This document shows, one piece after another, positions 19,923 to 28,442 of a DNA stretch of 35,093 nt. Positions within the stretch are counted from its first letter, which is position 1, and each line of letters begins with the position of its first letter. The notes under the pieces are model-generated. The model had not been told where the DNA came from, ran no database searches, and saw nothing but the letters and a program-made list of their open reading frames with translations. The position numbers were made by a program, and so were the translations under genes. The stretch comes from a virus (lineage: Duplodnaviria; Caudoviricetes): positions 1-35,093 of IMG/VR virus record IMGVR_UViG_3300032328_000592; one strand, given 5' to 3'.

Positions 19923-20381
19923 TTAAATATTTATAATTATGAAATCTTTTGATTGAAAAGCATTATCACTTATTGTGTAATCAATTCTCATTTTAGCGGT
20001 ATATTCCGAAGTATTTCTACCAGCGACCCTATAAACACCATTACCTAAATTTTCAGTGTTTAAAGTACCTGTTGATTCGTATTCATCATAAGGTAAAATT
20101 ACTATGTCATTAATAATTAAATTAGGAATGTACTTACTAACATTATCCCTAATATCATCTTTAATAGATTCAAACGTTACACCATCTAACGGTTCAAAAA
20201 TAAATTCATAAATTTTAGTACCAAAATCAGGTAAATAATACCTACTACCTTTTCGAGTTAAAATTAAATGAATTAAGTTACTTCTTATTTCTTGGTCGGG
20301 ATTTTGCGACAAAGAAAGGTAATCCCCCTTTAATGAATCATTAAAAGGAAAATTAATACCATAAGTTACACCATTAGCCAT
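19923..20381 (-). CDS. Baseplate wedge subunit, T4 gp25 / GPW-like (152 aa)
   Basis: GINFPF...IRSNLIHLILTRKGSRYYLPDFGTKIYEFIFEP is the gp25 family signature. Confidence 0.9.
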   Translation of the reverse strand: MANGVTYGINFPFNDSLKGDYLSLSQNPDQEIRSNLIHLILTRKGSRYYLPDFGTKIYEFIFEPLDGVTFESIKDDIRDNVSKYIPNLIINDIVILPYDEYESTGTLNTENLGNGVYRVAGRNTSEYTAKMRIDYTISDNAFQSKDFIIINI

Positions 20382-20586
20382 TGTCTATAAATATAGTTGT
20401 ATTCCCTTTTTTGTAAGCAGGAAAAAAAGGACAGTGCCGACATTTATTACCGCAACAGGTGCCCCGACTTAAATGAAATTCTTTTGTGAATACATGTTTT
20501 CCATCTTCAATATAAAAATAAGAAGGGGAAAGTTCTTCACTCTCCCCTTCAATAGTTGTTTTTATATTTTTCTTATTTAATTTCAC
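20374..20586 (-). CDS. Small Cys-rich protein, DUF5522-like (about 70 aa; start uncertain)
   Basis: FYIEDGKHVFTKEFHLSRGTCCGNKCRHCPF matches the DUF5522-type pattern (FT...L.RG.CCG..CRHCP). There is no in-frame ATG; candidate starts are GTG at 20586 or GTG at 20616, both inside the nrdJ 3' end. Confidence 0.7.
   Translation of the reverse strand: MKLNKKNIKTTIEGESEELSPSYFYIEDGKHVFTKEFHLSRGTCCGNKCRHCPFFPAYKKGNTTIFIDNG
20387..20393 (-). promoter_or_regulatory. TATTTAT element upstream of gp25 (inside the 3' end of the DUF5522-like ORF)
   Basis: Minus strand reads acTATATTTATAgacaATG. Confidence 0.55.
20514..20550 (-). terminator. Rho-independent terminator-like hairpin after nrdJ
   Basis: Minus strand reads GAAGGGGAGAGT-GAAGA-ACTTTCCCCTTC (12-bp stem including one G-U), followed by TTATTTTT. 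Confidence 0.75.
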
Positions 20587-22432
20587 AAGCCCCACCAGAA
20601 CAAGCCAATTCACCACTCAAATCAGTTTCATCACTTAATTCAATTACTTTTGTTAAGTCGATTGACTGTAATTTATCAAATAATCTTTCGTATTCTTCTT
20701 TGGTACAATCTTCAAAAGGTGCTTGGATGTAAGTACCCCCGTTGTAGGGTAATACTGACAACCCATTGTAAAAATCCCTGTTATTCCACATCCACTCACC
20801 AGCTAGTTCCCAATCTTCAGGTTTTAAACTGATTGTTGCTGATACGTTATGACTGTTTGAACCAGTTCTGTGACCAGGTTTTACCCACTCTTGTGTAATT
20901 TTTTTAACTCGGTCCAACAATTGAAAAGGTGATTCAGTTCTTAAAATTGCCCCTTCAGGTGCTTTTTGTGGAACTGAAATAACCGCAGTATCATGTGGTC
21001 TGAAATATTCATCCTCAATCAACTCAGGGTGATTAATTGCCAAGTATTGGTAAATAGATTCGTTCTTACCTACACGAATTCTACGGATATAATAATCGTT
21101 GTGCCATGCGTGAATACCTGAAGATGTTCCCAATGTCAACGATGTTGTACCCGCTGGTTTAACAGTTGTTGTACGAGCTGATTTGTTAATACCAATCAAG
21201 TCAGCAACTCTTGCGTTTTCTTCTTTAACAATTTTAGCAGATTCTTTCATGTTATAACCCAACACAACACCCGAACCAATACCTGTCATTGATACACCAA
21301 TTAACGCGTCTTTTTCGGTTGTTCGTTTCCATACATCTCTTAAGTAATGGAAATCAGTGTAACCTGCTTGAAGCGTTCCGATGAAAGCCGCTGCTTTAAC
21401 ACGGTTATTTAAATCATCTTGTGATTCAATGTCAGAAACATTTACCTCACATAAGTTACAAAATTGGTTTGGTCTTAATGCTATTTCACAACATGGATTA
21501 GTTCCCCAATCTTTGTCGTTTGTAAAGTAAATGCCAGGTTCACCAGCTCCTGATGCTTCAACACGTTTCCATAAATCCATGAAGAATTCTTTTGTGATTT
21601 TATGTCTAACCAAAGCAGCCGAATTGTTTGCTCTTCCTCTTTGTGGATTTGTTTCCCACCATGCTCCTGACTTACAAGAAATCATCTCTTGGTCATCAGC
21701 AGAGAACAATGAAATCAAAGCCGCTCTACGAATACCACCTGCAAGAACTGCGTCAGCAATGTGACATACCATGTCATGAACTTCAATTGGTGAAAGTCTT
21801 TGACCATCTTCCTTTGCGTCCAACATACCTTTTAATTTGTGAAGACAATCTTTTAAAGGTTGTGGTCCTGGTGCTTTACCACCTGATGTTACAAGTTGTG
21901 CGCCTTTTGGTCTAATATCTGAAAAATCAAATTCAGGTGTTGACAAATTTTCACCAAAGTAAGATTTCATTAATACTTTGATTGCATCCGCCCAACCTTC
22001 AATTGAATCTCCAACTAAAAATCTTCTTGTTCTATTTGGATTTGGTTTTCTAATTTCAGGTAGTTTTTCAACATGGTGTTTTTGTACTGAGTACCCAACA
22101 CCTGTACCACCTAACAATAAGAACATGCTTTCAGCAAATGCGTCTAAATGGTCGATTGGTAAATAAGCACAATTGTAAATTCTATTTGGCGAAATTTCAA
22201 TTGGTTTACCTCCGAATTGCATTGAGCGCATTGATGGTAAAACTTTTTTATCATAAACATACTTATATACATCCAAAATTTCGCCAGCCAATTGTGGGTA
22301 CTTTTTGATGTGCATGTTCATGTTTCTAGTAACTAACTCTTCCCACGTTTCTCTCCTGTTTACATCAGGTAAAAATTTAGCGTATTTCATATACACCGTG
22401 AGGTCTGACAATATCTTTTGTGATGCGTCCAT
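20573..22432 (-). CDS. nrdJ: Class II (adenosylcobalamin-dependent), monomeric-type ribonucleotide reductase (619 aa)
   Basis: RETWEE..R, IYNCAY, GGTGVGYSV, GGIRRAALISL, TNPCCEI (catalytic Asn/Cys/Glu), TTVKPAGTTS and the C-terminal redox pair LACSGGACEIK. No small-subunit gene is adjacent. Confidence 0.9.
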   Translation of the reverse strand: MDASQKILSDLTVYMKYAKFLPDVNRRETWEELVTRNMNMHIKKYPQLAGEILDVYKYVYDKKVLPSMRSMQFGGKPIEISPNRIYNCAYLPIDHLDAFAESMFLLLGGTGVGYSVQKHHVEKLPEIRKPNPNRTRRFLVGDSIEGWADAIKVLMKSYFGENLSTPEFDFSDIRPKGAQLVTSGGKAPGPQPLKDCLHKLKGMLDAKEDGQRLSPIEVHDMVCHIADAVLAGGIRRAALISLFSADDQEMISCKSGAWWETNPQRGRANNSAALVRHKITKEFFMDLWKRVEASGAGEPGIYFTNDKDWGTNPCCEIALRPNQFCNLCEVNVSDIESQDDLNNRVKAAAFIGTLQAGYTDFHYLRDVWKRTTEKDALIGVSMTGIGSGVVLGYNMKESAKIVKEENARVADLIGINKSARTTTVKPAGTTSLTLGTSSGIHAWHNDYYIRRIRVGKNESIYQYLAINHPELIEDEYFRPHDTAVISVPQKAPEGAILRTESPFQLLDRVKKITQEWVKPGHRTGSNSHNVSATISLKPEDWELAGEWMWNNRDFYNGLSVLPYNGGTYIQAPFEDCTKEEYERLFDKLQSIDLTKVIELSDETDLSGELACSGGACEIK

Positions 22433-22457
22433 TTTTTATTTTTCTTTTTTTTAAATT

Positions 22458-24899
22458 TTAATTGATTGGTTGTTGTTGTTTTCTTTTCGCCAATAGTTCA
22501 TTGACTCTGTTCCTATTTCGTTCTTCTTTTTGTTCTTCAAGACCCAAAAAAGTTACCGAACTTTCAGTATCAATTTCCATGAGTTCATTGTCAAATTTAC
22601 AATTTTCAAACACGACACCATCTCGTCCAATTCTTGATTTGGTAATAGCTATTGTTGCGAGTTTCATTTCTTTTTGTTGTAAACTCTTTGCAACTGTTAT
22701 GATAACGTGTCCCACTTGTGCCTTTTTAATTGAACCCCCCATTTGGTCCGTGGTAACAACATCTGAAGATATTGAACTTCGGTTACCTTGTGTTGCGGTC
22801 CATCCTGCCACATCCAATTCATGGCACATTGCTTCAAATCCTCTCATTACAGAACCTTCACTTTTCCATTCATCCCCCAAGTTCTTGTCAGGAACAACAC
22901 AGTCAATATAATCTAAACTAATCATATCAATTTTAGTTCCTTCAGCAATCATCTTTCTAATTTGATTTTTGATTTGATTCATTGTTAAGGTATCAGAAGC
23001 GTATTTTTTTAGAATCAATTTGTTTGTTACATTCTCTTTAATATCTCTAACTTTTTCCATAACAACATCTTTGTGGAATGAAAGTTCATCAGGAGCGATT
23101 CCTGTCCAAAGTGTAAAGTGTTTTCTTTGAATAATTTTTGGGTTGTCTTCAAAGAATATTTGAAGAACGTTGTAACCTAAATTAAATGCGTGGTTACAAA
23201 TTTTTGTTAGTACAGTTGTATTATGTGTCAATACGTAATCCCTGGTAACGAATAATTCGTCAGGATTAGATACTTTAATACACGTAGCATCTTCATTATG
23301 TGAATATGTTATTGACTTTACATACTTTTGTTCAACATATTTTTCCCTTTTATAAAACTTAGATACTTTACGTAATAATTTAAATGGTACAATATTGTTA
23401 GCGAACGACATTGTTATTGTATAAGCCAATTGACCTTCTTTTTTCTCCCCATCGTAAGTATAAGTCGGCACTTTAGTATTAATTTTTGCGGTACCACCTA
23501 ATGATAGTACCAACTCTCTAACATTGTCACATAGTTTTTCAGATACTGTTGTAAATTGTACGGTACCATTTTTATTAACATATCCATCAGTGTCCATTAG
23601 ACCTTGTAATAATGACACTCTATTCTCAGCAGAATTGTATAAATATTCTTTTGGTATGAACTTATTGTTTGATTTTTTGTTTAACAATCCATATTCATTA
23701 AGACGTTGTTTTATACCAGCCTTTAAATTTATTGATTTAATACTTTTTGTTTCGGTCCTATTGTATTCATTGTACGATGAATGTTCATTAAGATATGATA
23801 TGTTATCAAACAATTCATCATCTTTTGTTGAAATTCTAACACCACTATCACAGATACTACCATCACCCAACAATAAACCAAGTAAATAAGGATTAATTAA
23901 TACATCTTTTTCATTAAAATTAACAGGACTAACTACAGGTAATCTATAATTATGTCTACCCCTTTTCTTAATATCATTCATCATGTCAGATGTTTTAATC
24001 ACTTTATATCCATAATTTGGTTTATAAACAACTTCACCTTTAACTCTTGTTTTAGACGTTCTCATATTTAAAGTGTTTACACTCCAAAGATGTTCCTCAT
24101 CACAATTTACAAAAGTATTATCGGTAAATTCAACTTTATAGATTGGCCTAACACCTTGTGGATACACACCAATAACATATTGTTCATTCCCATCACTACC
24201 AATTATTTTATCACCAATTTTAATATCCCCCATTTTAACCCACCCATTAGGTGTTAATAATGGTTCTGAATTAGGTAAACTTTTTCCAACACCTGTTGGA
24301 GCTAATATCACACCCAATTCACCTTTTGCCAATCCACCTTTAAGTAAGTTGTCAATACCAGGTATTCCCATTGGAATTGGGTGTCTATAATCCTCATCTA
24401 ACACTTGGTCCAAATTTGTGAATACATCATGTTCACCATCTTCAATCTCACCAACCTGAAGAGCTTTATTAACCATCTCTTCTAATTGGTCGTAACTTTC
24501 AAAATCACCTTTATCAATAATCTTCTGAGCTTTGGTCATAACCTTTTGAAGCTCTTGTTGTTTACAGAATTTAAGTGCCTTTTCAATTACAAATTGGTGT
24601 CCTTCAAAACTTACATCACGAATTTGTATTAGTGTGTCAAGAACTATTTTTCTTGCACTATCTGAACTAATTTCAGAACGAGTCAATTGGTCTAATGTTT
24701 CAAACGTAGGAACACTCTCATATTTGATATAATACTCTTTAATCATTTGTGTAATGATTTTAAAGTATTGATTATCGAAATATTTTGAATCCAACACATC
24801 AACAATCGCACGTGCGAAATCTTTGTTTAGAATAAGTTGATTAATTAGTTGAATTTGAAATGTGTTTCCTAAATATCCGAAATTTTTCTCACTTGACAT
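22458..24899 (-). CDS. DnaB/gp41-like replicative helicase precursor containing an intein (813 aa; about 459 aa after splicing)
   Basis: IPMGIPGIDNLLKGGLAKGELGVILAPTGVGK|intein|TTVL, followed by FFED, SLDYID and WTATQGNR (SF4 motifs), and KSRIG. Confidence 0.92.
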   Translation of the reverse strand: MSSEKNFGYLGNTFQIQLINQLILNKDFARAIVDVLDSKYFDNQYFKIITQMIKEYYIKYESVPTFETLDQLTRSEISSDSARKIVLDTLIQIRDVSFEGHQFVIEKALKFCKQQELQKVMTKAQKIIDKGDFESYDQLEEMVNKALQVGEIEDGEHDVFTNLDQVLDEDYRHPIPMGIPGIDNLLKGGLAKGELGVILAPTGVGKSLPNSEPLLTPNGWVKMGDIKIGDKIIGSDGNEQYVIGVYPQGVRPIYKVEFTDNTFVNCDEEHLWSVNTLNMRTSKTRVKGEVVYKPNYGYKVIKTSDMMNDIKKRGRHNYRLPVVSPVNFNEKDVLINPYLLGLLLGDGSICDSGVRISTKDDELFDNISYLNEHSSYNEYNRTETKSIKSINLKAGIKQRLNEYGLLNKKSNNKFIPKEYLYNSAENRVSLLQGLMDTDGYVNKNGTVQFTTVSEKLCDNVRELVLSLGGTAKINTKVPTYTYDGEKKEGQLAYTITMSFANNIVPFKLLRKVSKFYKREKYVEQKYVKSITYSHNEDATCIKVSNPDELFVTRDYVLTHNTTVLTKICNHAFNLGYNVLQIFFEDNPKIIQRKHFTLWTGIAPDELSFHKDVVMEKVRDIKENVTNKLILKKYASDTLTMNQIKNQIRKMIAEGTKIDMISLDYIDCVVPDKNLGDEWKSEGSVMRGFEAMCHELDVAGWTATQGNRSSISSDVVTTDQMGGSIKKAQVGHVIITVAKSLQQKEMKLATIAITKSRIGRDGVVFENCKFDNELMEIDTESSVTFLGLEEQKEERNRNRVNELLAKRKQQQPIN
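23220..24281 (-). mobile_element. Intein (354 aa) with LAGLIDADG homing endonuclease, inserted in the helicase Walker A (GK|T)
   Basis: Starts SLPNSEPLLTPNGWVKMGDIKIGD. Block B is CDEEHLW. LAGLIDADG motifs are YLLGLLLGDGSI and LLQGLMDTDGYV. It ends ATCIKV...FVTRDYVLTHN, followed by Thr. Confidence 0.93.
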
Positions 24900-24925
24900 A
24901 TCTGTTTTTATTTTTACTTGTGTTG

Positions 24926-24932
24926 ATAAATA
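24926..24932 (-). promoter_or_regulatory. TATTTAT element upstream of the helicase gene
   Basis: Minus strand agTATTTATc lies 26 nt before the ATG, followed by an A-rich leader. Confidence 0.45.
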
Positions 24933-24935
24933 CTA

Positions 24936-25388
24936 TCAAGCGAGTTGATAATTCATATATTCTGTATAAAAATTTTCACCTGAAAAAATGTCAGTCAACG
25001 ACTTCAAAACATTTTTTATTTCTGGTCGTATGTCTACGGTGTATCTAGCCTTTGGTGGGTATACTTTGGCGTCAAACCCCCTATGACAAATTGTCTGTTC
25101 ACCCATCTTCACATAAATGTGAAACCATTCAGGTCCATCGGTTTTTGATGTTTCCATGACAGATGGGTCATTCATAATCAATTCCGCGTTTTCAGTCATG
25201 TAGTCCAAACTTTTGTCTGTTAAATAGTTTTTTAAATACTCATCAATTTTTTTAATGTAATCATACAACTCCATACTGTTTTTAGCTGTTTCATTGTAAT
25301 CTCTAACATTGAAAAATCTTTGAACTACGATGTTGTCATTGAGTTTAATCAAAAACTCCATCTTTGTTAAATCTTGTGTTTCTTTCAT
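24936..25388 (-). CDS. Hypothetical protein (150 aa) in the replication block
   Basis: Clean ORF between the exonuclease and helicase genes, starting 2 nt after the upstream stop. Confidence 0.75.
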   Translation of the reverse strand: MKETQDLTKMEFLIKLNDNIVVQRFFNVRDYNETAKNSMELYDYIKKIDEYLKNYLTDKSLDYMTENAELIMNDPSVMETSKTDGPEWFHIYVKMGEQTICHRGFDAKVYPPKARYTVDIRPEIKNVLKSLTDIFSGENFYTEYMNYQLA

Positions 25389-25390
25389 AA

Positions 25391-26398
25391 TTAATTATTG
25401 TTATTGTATCTTTTTTTTTCTTTTCTTGTTAATTTCATAATTGGTTGTAGGAATTCCACCCAAGCATCATCTTGTTTTGGTAGATACTTAAAGAGTCCAT
25501 CTTCAATCATCATTCTCATCAGATTCTTATATCCCCTACCTTCGGGGTCCATATCCTCTGAATAATAAAGTTCTACTTGTCTTTTAGCGTCTTCGGTCAT
25601 TAAAGGGTTTGACAAACTAACGATTTTTTCACGAATATCGTAGTATTCCTTTCCGTAGGTACCTGACTTTGTGGTACCTGATAATAAATTCTTGAGTGGT
25701 TTGATTGTATCATTCTCTTCTAAAAGTTCTTGTGTTCTTGTACAAATGTAGTTAACATTTAATTCACGTTCAACTATCTCGGGAAAATATTTCAATAACT
25801 TAACTTCACCAAAGTTATATATACCTTCAATGTTATCCGATTTATCACCTAATAAAATTTTAACTAATTTTACATTTGATATTGGTACTTCAATCTTACC
25901 TAATTTAACCTTGTGTTTGTCTGTAATCCATTGTTTAGCAATGGGTGAGTAGATATGTACTTTTGATGTGATAAGTTGTGTAAGGTCCTTATCTGAAGAA
26001 AGTATTGTTATTCTTTCATCTTGACTTATTTGTGTGTAATAAGCAACTAAGTCATCACATTCATGGTCATCAATACCAATTTGTCTAATGAACATTTCTT
26101 CAAGATACTGTTTCAATCTTTCTTTCTGTCCATAATAAGATTCTTTCTTTTCTTCGTTCATTGTTAAACGACGGTTTTCCTTATATTCAGGAAACAATAA
26201 TTTTCTTTGGGACGAGTTGTTTTTCCCGTCCCAAAAAACTATTACCTTGTCGTAATTATATTCCGATAGGAATCTACGAAGAACATTAACAAAGTGGAAA
26301 ATACCTCCAATATGTTTTCCTTCATGGTAGAAATCTCTAACCCCATGAAATCCGATTTTAAATAAGTTGTCACCATCAACTACTAAAGTTTTTACCAC
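25391..26398 (-). CDS. 5'-3' exonuclease / flap endonuclease (T4 RNase H, Pol I N-terminal-like; 335 aa, GTG start)
   Basis: LVVDGDNL, VFWDG, R..LFPEYKENR, ECDDLVA, SSDKDLTQL and LLGDKSDNIEGI (H3TH). Confidence 0.92.
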   Translation of the reverse strand: MVKTLVVDGDNLFKIGFHGVRDFYHEGKHIGGIFHFVNVLRRFLSEYNYDKVIVFWDGKNNSSQRKLLFPEYKENRRLTMNEEKKESYYGQKERLKQYLEEMFIRQIGIDDHECDDLVAYYTQISQDERITILSSDKDLTQLITSKVHIYSPIAKQWITDKHKVKLGKIEVPISNVKLVKILLGDKSDNIEGIYNFGEVKLLKYFPEIVERELNVNYICTRTQELLEENDTIKPLKNLLSGTTKSGTYGKEYYDIREKIVSLSNPLMTEDAKRQVELYYSEDMDPEGRGYKNLMRMMIEDGLFKYLPKQDDAWVEFLQPIMKLTRKEKKRYNNNN

Positions 26399-26450
26399 TT
26401 GTTTATTATTTATTGTTGTTCAACTTTTTTTTTCACTTATTTTTACATTA

Positions 26451-27320
26451 CTAATAATCAACACTGTTGATTGATGTTTTGTTTTGATGAATTTTCAAAA
26501 TTCTGTTTTCAAATTTAATTCGATATCTTTCAATCCAAACTATTTTCCCACTACGATAGAACGATAAGATTTCATCATCAGTTAATAACTTAACATATCT
26601 CATTTTATAAATTAAATTATTTTCTTTACAAAATTTTTCAGCAGCATCTTTTTTAATACTAACTAATTTAGTGTTCCACATTTTTTTCGGTTTACACTCT
26701 ATCATATATTTACCATTTAAAATAAAATCAGGGTTATAATTTTTCTTTTTATTATTGTGATAATACTCAATTTTATATTCATTTTTTTCGCCTGATACCC
26801 AATCAATATTGTATTTCTCAATAATATTAACCATATAGGACAATTCTAATAGACTCCTGAAATACCAACCATTATACCAACCTGACCAACCATTTCCCGA
26901 ACCAAATGGGGGTGTTTTACCGAACCAATAATTTTTTTCACCCTTATGTGATTTTTTTAAAGAACATTCCCGATTCATATTATCAGCAATTTTTTTACCA
27001 TATTTTTTAACCCACACTTTGTAGTATGAATTACCTTTCATTGTCGGATTTTTCTTAAATTTTTCACTTAAATATTTTCGATATTCTTCAGACTTGACCT
27101 TTTCGTAATATTTCAATCTATTATCACTTTTTTTTGATGTTTCAACCATTTTCAACATCGACTCTTTACTATGTTTTTTGTTGTAGAATGGGTTTTTATC
27201 TCCCACCCTACAACAACTCTGACATAAAGAATTTTTTTTATCGGCCCTTGTCTTCGCTTCTTTAAATTTGTAATTGATATCACCATTACAATTTGGACAT
27301 AATCGAATATATTTTTCCAT
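26451..27320 (-). CDS. Free-standing homing endonuclease with NUMOD3-like motifs and a TnsA-like PD-(D/E)XK domain (about 289 aa)
   Basis: CPNC...CQSC, GDKNPFYNKKHSKES and KGEKNYWFGK, then FRSLLELSYM...YNPDFILNGKYMIECKP. The likely start is MEKYIRLC (27320); 27353 is an alternative. Confidence 0.8.
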   Translation of the reverse strand: MEKYIRLCPNCNGDINYKFKEAKTRADKKNSLCQSCCRVGDKNPFYNKKHSKESMLKMVETSKKSDNRLKYYEKVKSEEYRKYLSEKFKKNPTMKGNSYYKVWVKKYGKKIADNMNRECSLKKSHKGEKNYWFGKTPPFGSGNGWSGWYNGWYFRSLLELSYMVNIIEKYNIDWVSGEKNEYKIEYYHNNKKKNYNPDFILNGKYMIECKPKKMWNTKLVSIKKDAAEKFCKENNLIYKMRYVKLLTDDEILSFYRSGKIVWIERYRIKFENRILKIHQNKTSINSVDY

Positions 27321-27354
27321 ATATATATGTATATCGGTATGTCCTAAAAACATA

Positions 27355-28359
27355 TTAATTACTTTCTTTTTCTTCCTTCAAATCAAAATCACCATCAGTA
27401 CCGATAATTTCTTTCCAATACTCGGCATGTTCTGTTTTGTATTTTTCAATGGAAATCTTTTCCTCTGTAGCATCTTTACCTGCCAAAAATCCGTGTGGTG
27501 TAACAATAATCTTACCATCCTCATATCCTAAACCGTTAATATGATTTTTTAAAACAGACACTTTAGTTCGAATCGCGAATTTAACACTACGCTTATCTTT
27601 AGTTGCTGTAATTTTATTAGTACCCGCTTCTTTTTGATTACCGAATAAAAATACTAATGATGAATTTAACCAAATCGACTCACCACCCTTAGACTTAATT
27701 TTAGGTTGTCCAAATGGATTATCAGGTAAAGACACCCAAGGCTGGTTAATTATAATTAAAGTGTTTTCATGTTTTGAAGTTGCCTTTCTACTACCCGAAA
27801 TACGCTGATTAATACCCATACCAATTTTATCAGCAAGGACACCAGCATTTTGCATTTTACCTCCTTTTCCTTCATAGGTCATTTTACAGGGAACCGAACC
27901 GACCGAATCCCAAATAAAACATAAACTATAATCTAATTCACCTTTTTCTTGAGCGTCTAATAACTCATTAATGTAATCGGTAATCTGTTCAATATAGTTG
28001 AAGTTGTTATTGAATATATAAAATCCGTCCCAATCTGACTCACCAGTTTCTTCATCAATAATTTCATCGCAATCGAAACCCATAAGTTTTGCGTGTTCAA
28101 AACTCCATTTTTGTTCGGTAATTATAAAGACAGGTAATAATCCCATTTTCTGTGCCGCAACGGCCGACTTGACAGCCGCTGTTGTCTTGCCAACGTCTGA
28201 GTGACCCAAGAACATATTTAAGTGTCCAATTGCTGGACCTGGAAGTCCAACCGCATCCAAGAAATCAGGACCTAAGTCAAAAAATCTTTGCGGTTTATAT
28301 TTTGCTGAGGTAGAGAATTTTTTCTTTACCGAACTGAAATCATTTTTTTTAATTGCCAT
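27355..28359 (-). CDS. RecA/UvsX-like recombinase (334 aa)
   Basis: Walker A GHSDVGKTT, ITEQK, Walker B FIWDSVGS, LIIINQ, KGGES and KNHI. Confidence 0.85.
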   Translation of the reverse strand: MAIKKNDFSSVKKKFSTSAKYKPQRFFDLGPDFLDAVGLPGPAIGHLNMFLGHSDVGKTTAAVKSAVAAQKMGLLPVFIITEQKWSFEHAKLMGFDCDEIIDEETGESDWDGFYIFNNNFNYIEQITDYINELLDAQEKGELDYSLCFIWDSVGSVPCKMTYEGKGGKMQNAGVLADKIGMGINQRISGSRKATSKHENTLIIINQPWVSLPDNPFGQPKIKSKGGESIWLNSSLVFLFGNQKEAGTNKITATKDKRSVKFAIRTKVSVLKNHINGLGYEDGKIIVTPHGFLAGKDATEEKISIEKYKTEHAEYWKEIIGTDGDFDLKEEKESN

Positions 28360-28386
28360 TGTCTATGCGTTGTTTGTTTTTTTATT

Positions 28387-28433
28387 AAAAAAATAAGAAC
28401 ATGGACACTATGTCTATGCAAGTGTCCATGTTC
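28387..28433 (-). terminator. Terminator-like hairpin between ssb and recA
   Basis: Minus strand reads GAACATGGACACT-(11 nt)-AGTGTCCATGTTC, a perfect 13-bp stem, followed by TTATTTTTTT. Confidence 0.8.
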
Positions 28434-28442
28434 AATATATAA

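Noticed and set aside
26399-27354. Group I intron or Tn7-like transposon around the NUMOD3/TnsA-like ORF
   Set aside because: The flanking recA and exonuclease genes look complete. The non-coding flanks (about 50 and 35 nt) are too short for a ribozyme core, and there are no tnsB/C genes or terminal repeats.
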